In this document: in pieces, positions 40,001-41,327 of the stretch
Position numbering within the stretch: the stretch's first letter is position 1
Layout of the letters: each line of letters starts with the position of its first letter
DNA from: Intoshia linei
Taxonomy: Eukaryota; Animalia; Orthonectida
Reading direction: 5' to 3'
DNA: 41,327 nt
Assembly (NCBI GenBank): GCA_001642005.1
Contig: LWCA01000195.1
Span: forward strand, 1 to 41,327
Position numbers and translations under genes: made by a program
The notes under the pieces: model-generated
Databases searched by the model: none
What the model saw: the letters and a program-made list of their open reading frames with translations, nothing else
What the model was told of the DNA's origin: nothing

Positions 40001-40083
40001 CGAAAAACTTGATTATACAAGTGCATTAGAGAAGTCAATGGCTGTTCAAGTTATTTTTAATGAATATTTTGAATTTTATAAAA
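19004..40083 (+). CDS. LAMA5: Laminin alpha chain, alpha-3/5 (LanA/EPI-1) type; 5' portion only, more than 30 exons
   Basis: Signal peptide and LN domain ([56 protein letters not shown]) in exons 19004-19480, 19526-19765, 19832-20002, 20038-20257. LE repeats in 20579-20788, 21871-21967, 22061-22968, 23887-24042, 24093-24192. Large globular IVb domain about 24273-30290 ([19 protein letters not shown]). LE repeats 30290-31816. L4 domain about 31870-35545 ([18 protein letters not shown]). LE repeats to 38925. Coiled coil starts CDNCVHQL near 38978. Exons after 39262 are uncertain. Confidence 0.93.
21145..21288. mobile_element. GC-rich terminus of a hAT (Tip100-like) MITE
   Basis: Ends ...GGCTTAAGACGGCTCTG with GGGCCC/GGCCC subterminal motifs. 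Partner end not identified. Confidence 0.4.
24460..25039. mobile_element. hAT MITE carrying a nested minus-strand Helitron fragment (about 24705-24902)
   Basis: TIRs CAGGGATTCTCAAA and CAGGGGTTCATAAA (reverse complement). TSD ATATAGAG/ATGTAGAG. The inner segment is the reverse complement of the Helitron 5' end plus the block near 11045-11090. Confidence 0.8.
27081..27665. repeat. Foldback-like element with inverted arms made of ~29-30 bp tandem units
   Basis: 28-bp terminal inverted repeat TACTTAAAT(C/A)CAATCATTTTTA(C/A)TAAAA, 26/28 matching. Unit approximately TTTTTCCCTTAAGGGTTGGTAAAACTCGA, about 14 copies in the right arm and about 2 inverted copies in the left. Confidence 0.8.
29302..29630. 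mobile_element. hAT MITE
   Basis: TIRs CAGGCGTCGGC and CAGGGGTCGGC (reverse complement). Degenerate TSD CTATAAAA/CTCCAAAA. Confidence 0.75.
29866..30172. mobile_element. MITE, probably hAT
   Basis: Imperfect TIRs TAGGGCTGTGGAGAG and CAAGACAGTGGAGAG (reverse complement), with GC-rich subterminal blocks. Confidence 0.5.
31188..31423. mobile_element. hAT MITE of the same family as 24460-25039, opposite orientation
   Basis: Left end TAGGGGTTCTTAAACTCAGTTGGTCTACCGCC matches the reverse complement of about 25008-25039. TSD TTTTAGAT/CTTTAGAT. Confidence 0.75.
32138..33050 (+). mobile_element. Internally deleted hAT Charlie/Buster transposon
   Basis: TIRs CAGTGATTCTTAACCT and CAGTGGTTCTTAACCT (reverse complement). 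TSD ATCTAAAA/GTCTAAAA. Retains a transposase N-terminal remnant ([33 protein letters not shown]) and C-terminal remnant ([16 protein letters not shown]). Confidence 0.88.
36600..36890. repeat. Degenerate array of the same ~29-bp unit as 27081-27665
   Basis: CCTTAAGGGTTGGTAAAA occurs twice, with decayed units around it. Confidence 0.65.
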
Positions 40084-40825
40084 GTAATTTTATTTTATTT
40101 ACTACAGGCTAATTCGTATTTAACTGAATTCCTCGTTAACAGAAAAAAATCCTGATTAACAGACTGTCAATATTTCTAAGTACAAAAATTCAGTTAAATT
40201 TTAACTTAATATGAATAGCATCATAATTATATTAAAGCTTTTTCGGTTCAAATTATAAATTTTCATCTTCATATTAAACTTTATTTGATATAATTCAGTG
40301 AAATTTTTACTAAAGAATGTTATTGTTGTTTGTCACGTTTTAATTACTACGAAATCATGTTATTATCTGTAATGGAAATGTATGTGTATAAACGATTTAG
40401 TTAATTTTATTATAAGTCGTTACAGATTGATAATATAAAATCAATAAGGAGTTAGTAAACTAAAGTTTACTACATCTTCCTTGTTAGTTTAAAATCTTGG
40501 TATTTTGAGGGTAAGTGTATTTCTCTTTGAGAAGTTCTTGTACGGTATAAATTTTGGACATTATTTTTGATCAGTCAATTTTTTCTCATCACGCCTAAAT
40601 GAGGCCGTTAAAGGAAATGTCACCTTTTCCAAAGAAGTTACAAGATCTTTCAAATGTTCTTTCCGATCTTTCTCTTTTTTATTAACATTTGCAGCGTCTT
40701 TAATACATTCTGATATAAATTGAGATATAACTGAACAAATACTAGGTTTTTCAGTTTATGATTCAAAATAGTTATTAACTACTATATCAGTAACAGTATC
40801 CAAAAGTATCTAATACACATTAGAG

Positions 40826-41036
40826 TGTCACACCCATCAAAGAATCAAGGGCAATTAGCACTAAAAGTGTGTATTTTTATAATAGAAAAACTAATTCGCA
40901 ATCAAAAATATTTAACGCTATCTATTCGAGTTGCGTTTGTCATTTTAAATGTCACTGTATAAATATTATGAAGAAATTAAAACTGAACTTTATTTTAACG
41001 GAAATCAAGGTTTGAACTTTTAAACGTGGTACCGCC
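40826..41036 (+). mobile_element. LTR-like segment followed by a possible primer-binding site
   Basis: Begins TGTCACACCCATCAAAGAATCAAG, similar to 10050. TGGTACCGCC at 41027, about 200 nt downstream. Confidence 0.35.
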
Positions 41037-41327
41037 TTTATAATACTGTTCTTTATGTTTAGTTATACAGTTTTTATTTTTAAATTTGTTTCTAGCTCAA
41101 TTTTTTTGGATTTTATTAACGATTTAATTTCTCGAATTCTGGTTATTTATAATGTAATAAATTCATTCAAATACAAGACATTCACGATCTTGTTAGTCAT
41201 GTTTGTAGCAATGAAGCTATGTTTGCATTGAATGAAGTCATGTTTGCAATAAATATGGTCAATACAGAGATTGCATAATATACCAAAATTTATTAGATAT
41301 TTTTTGTTAAAATAACTTTTAAATTAT

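Noticed and set aside
1-41327. Stop-codon reassignment suggested by fragmented ORFs
   Set aside because: Host genes splice into open frames under the standard code; in-frame stops occur only in decayed transposases.

Overview
Very AT-rich animal genomic DNA with spliceosomal genes. Introns fall into two size classes: many are only 34-38 nt, and the long ones are largely transposon debris. The style suggests a compact invertebrate genome such as the orthonectid Intoshia, but that is inference only. Five host genes can be reconstructed by hand: (1) KDEL receptor/ERD2 (+, 1579-2850); (2) a 10-exon, fully open but motif-degenerate OSGEP/Kae1 (t6A synthase) homologue (-, 2898-9879), of which the ORF track shows only one exon; (3) an Mnx/HB9 homeobox gene (+, 13342-14529); (4) a Canopy-family ER protein ending KHEL (-, 14548-15507); (5) the 5' part of a laminin alpha 3/5 gene (+, from 19004, not completed in the window). 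Mobile DNA includes two decayed Tc1-superfamily elements (one DD35E), non-autonomous Helitrons, many hAT/Charlie-type MITEs, a minisatellite-armed foldback element and LTR-like pieces. The best lead is the OSGEP-like gene: it keeps the metal ligands but has lost most nucleotide-binding motifs, so it is a candidate pseudoenzyme or neofunctionalised KEOPS subunit. All exon structures were read by eye and are not transcript-validated.
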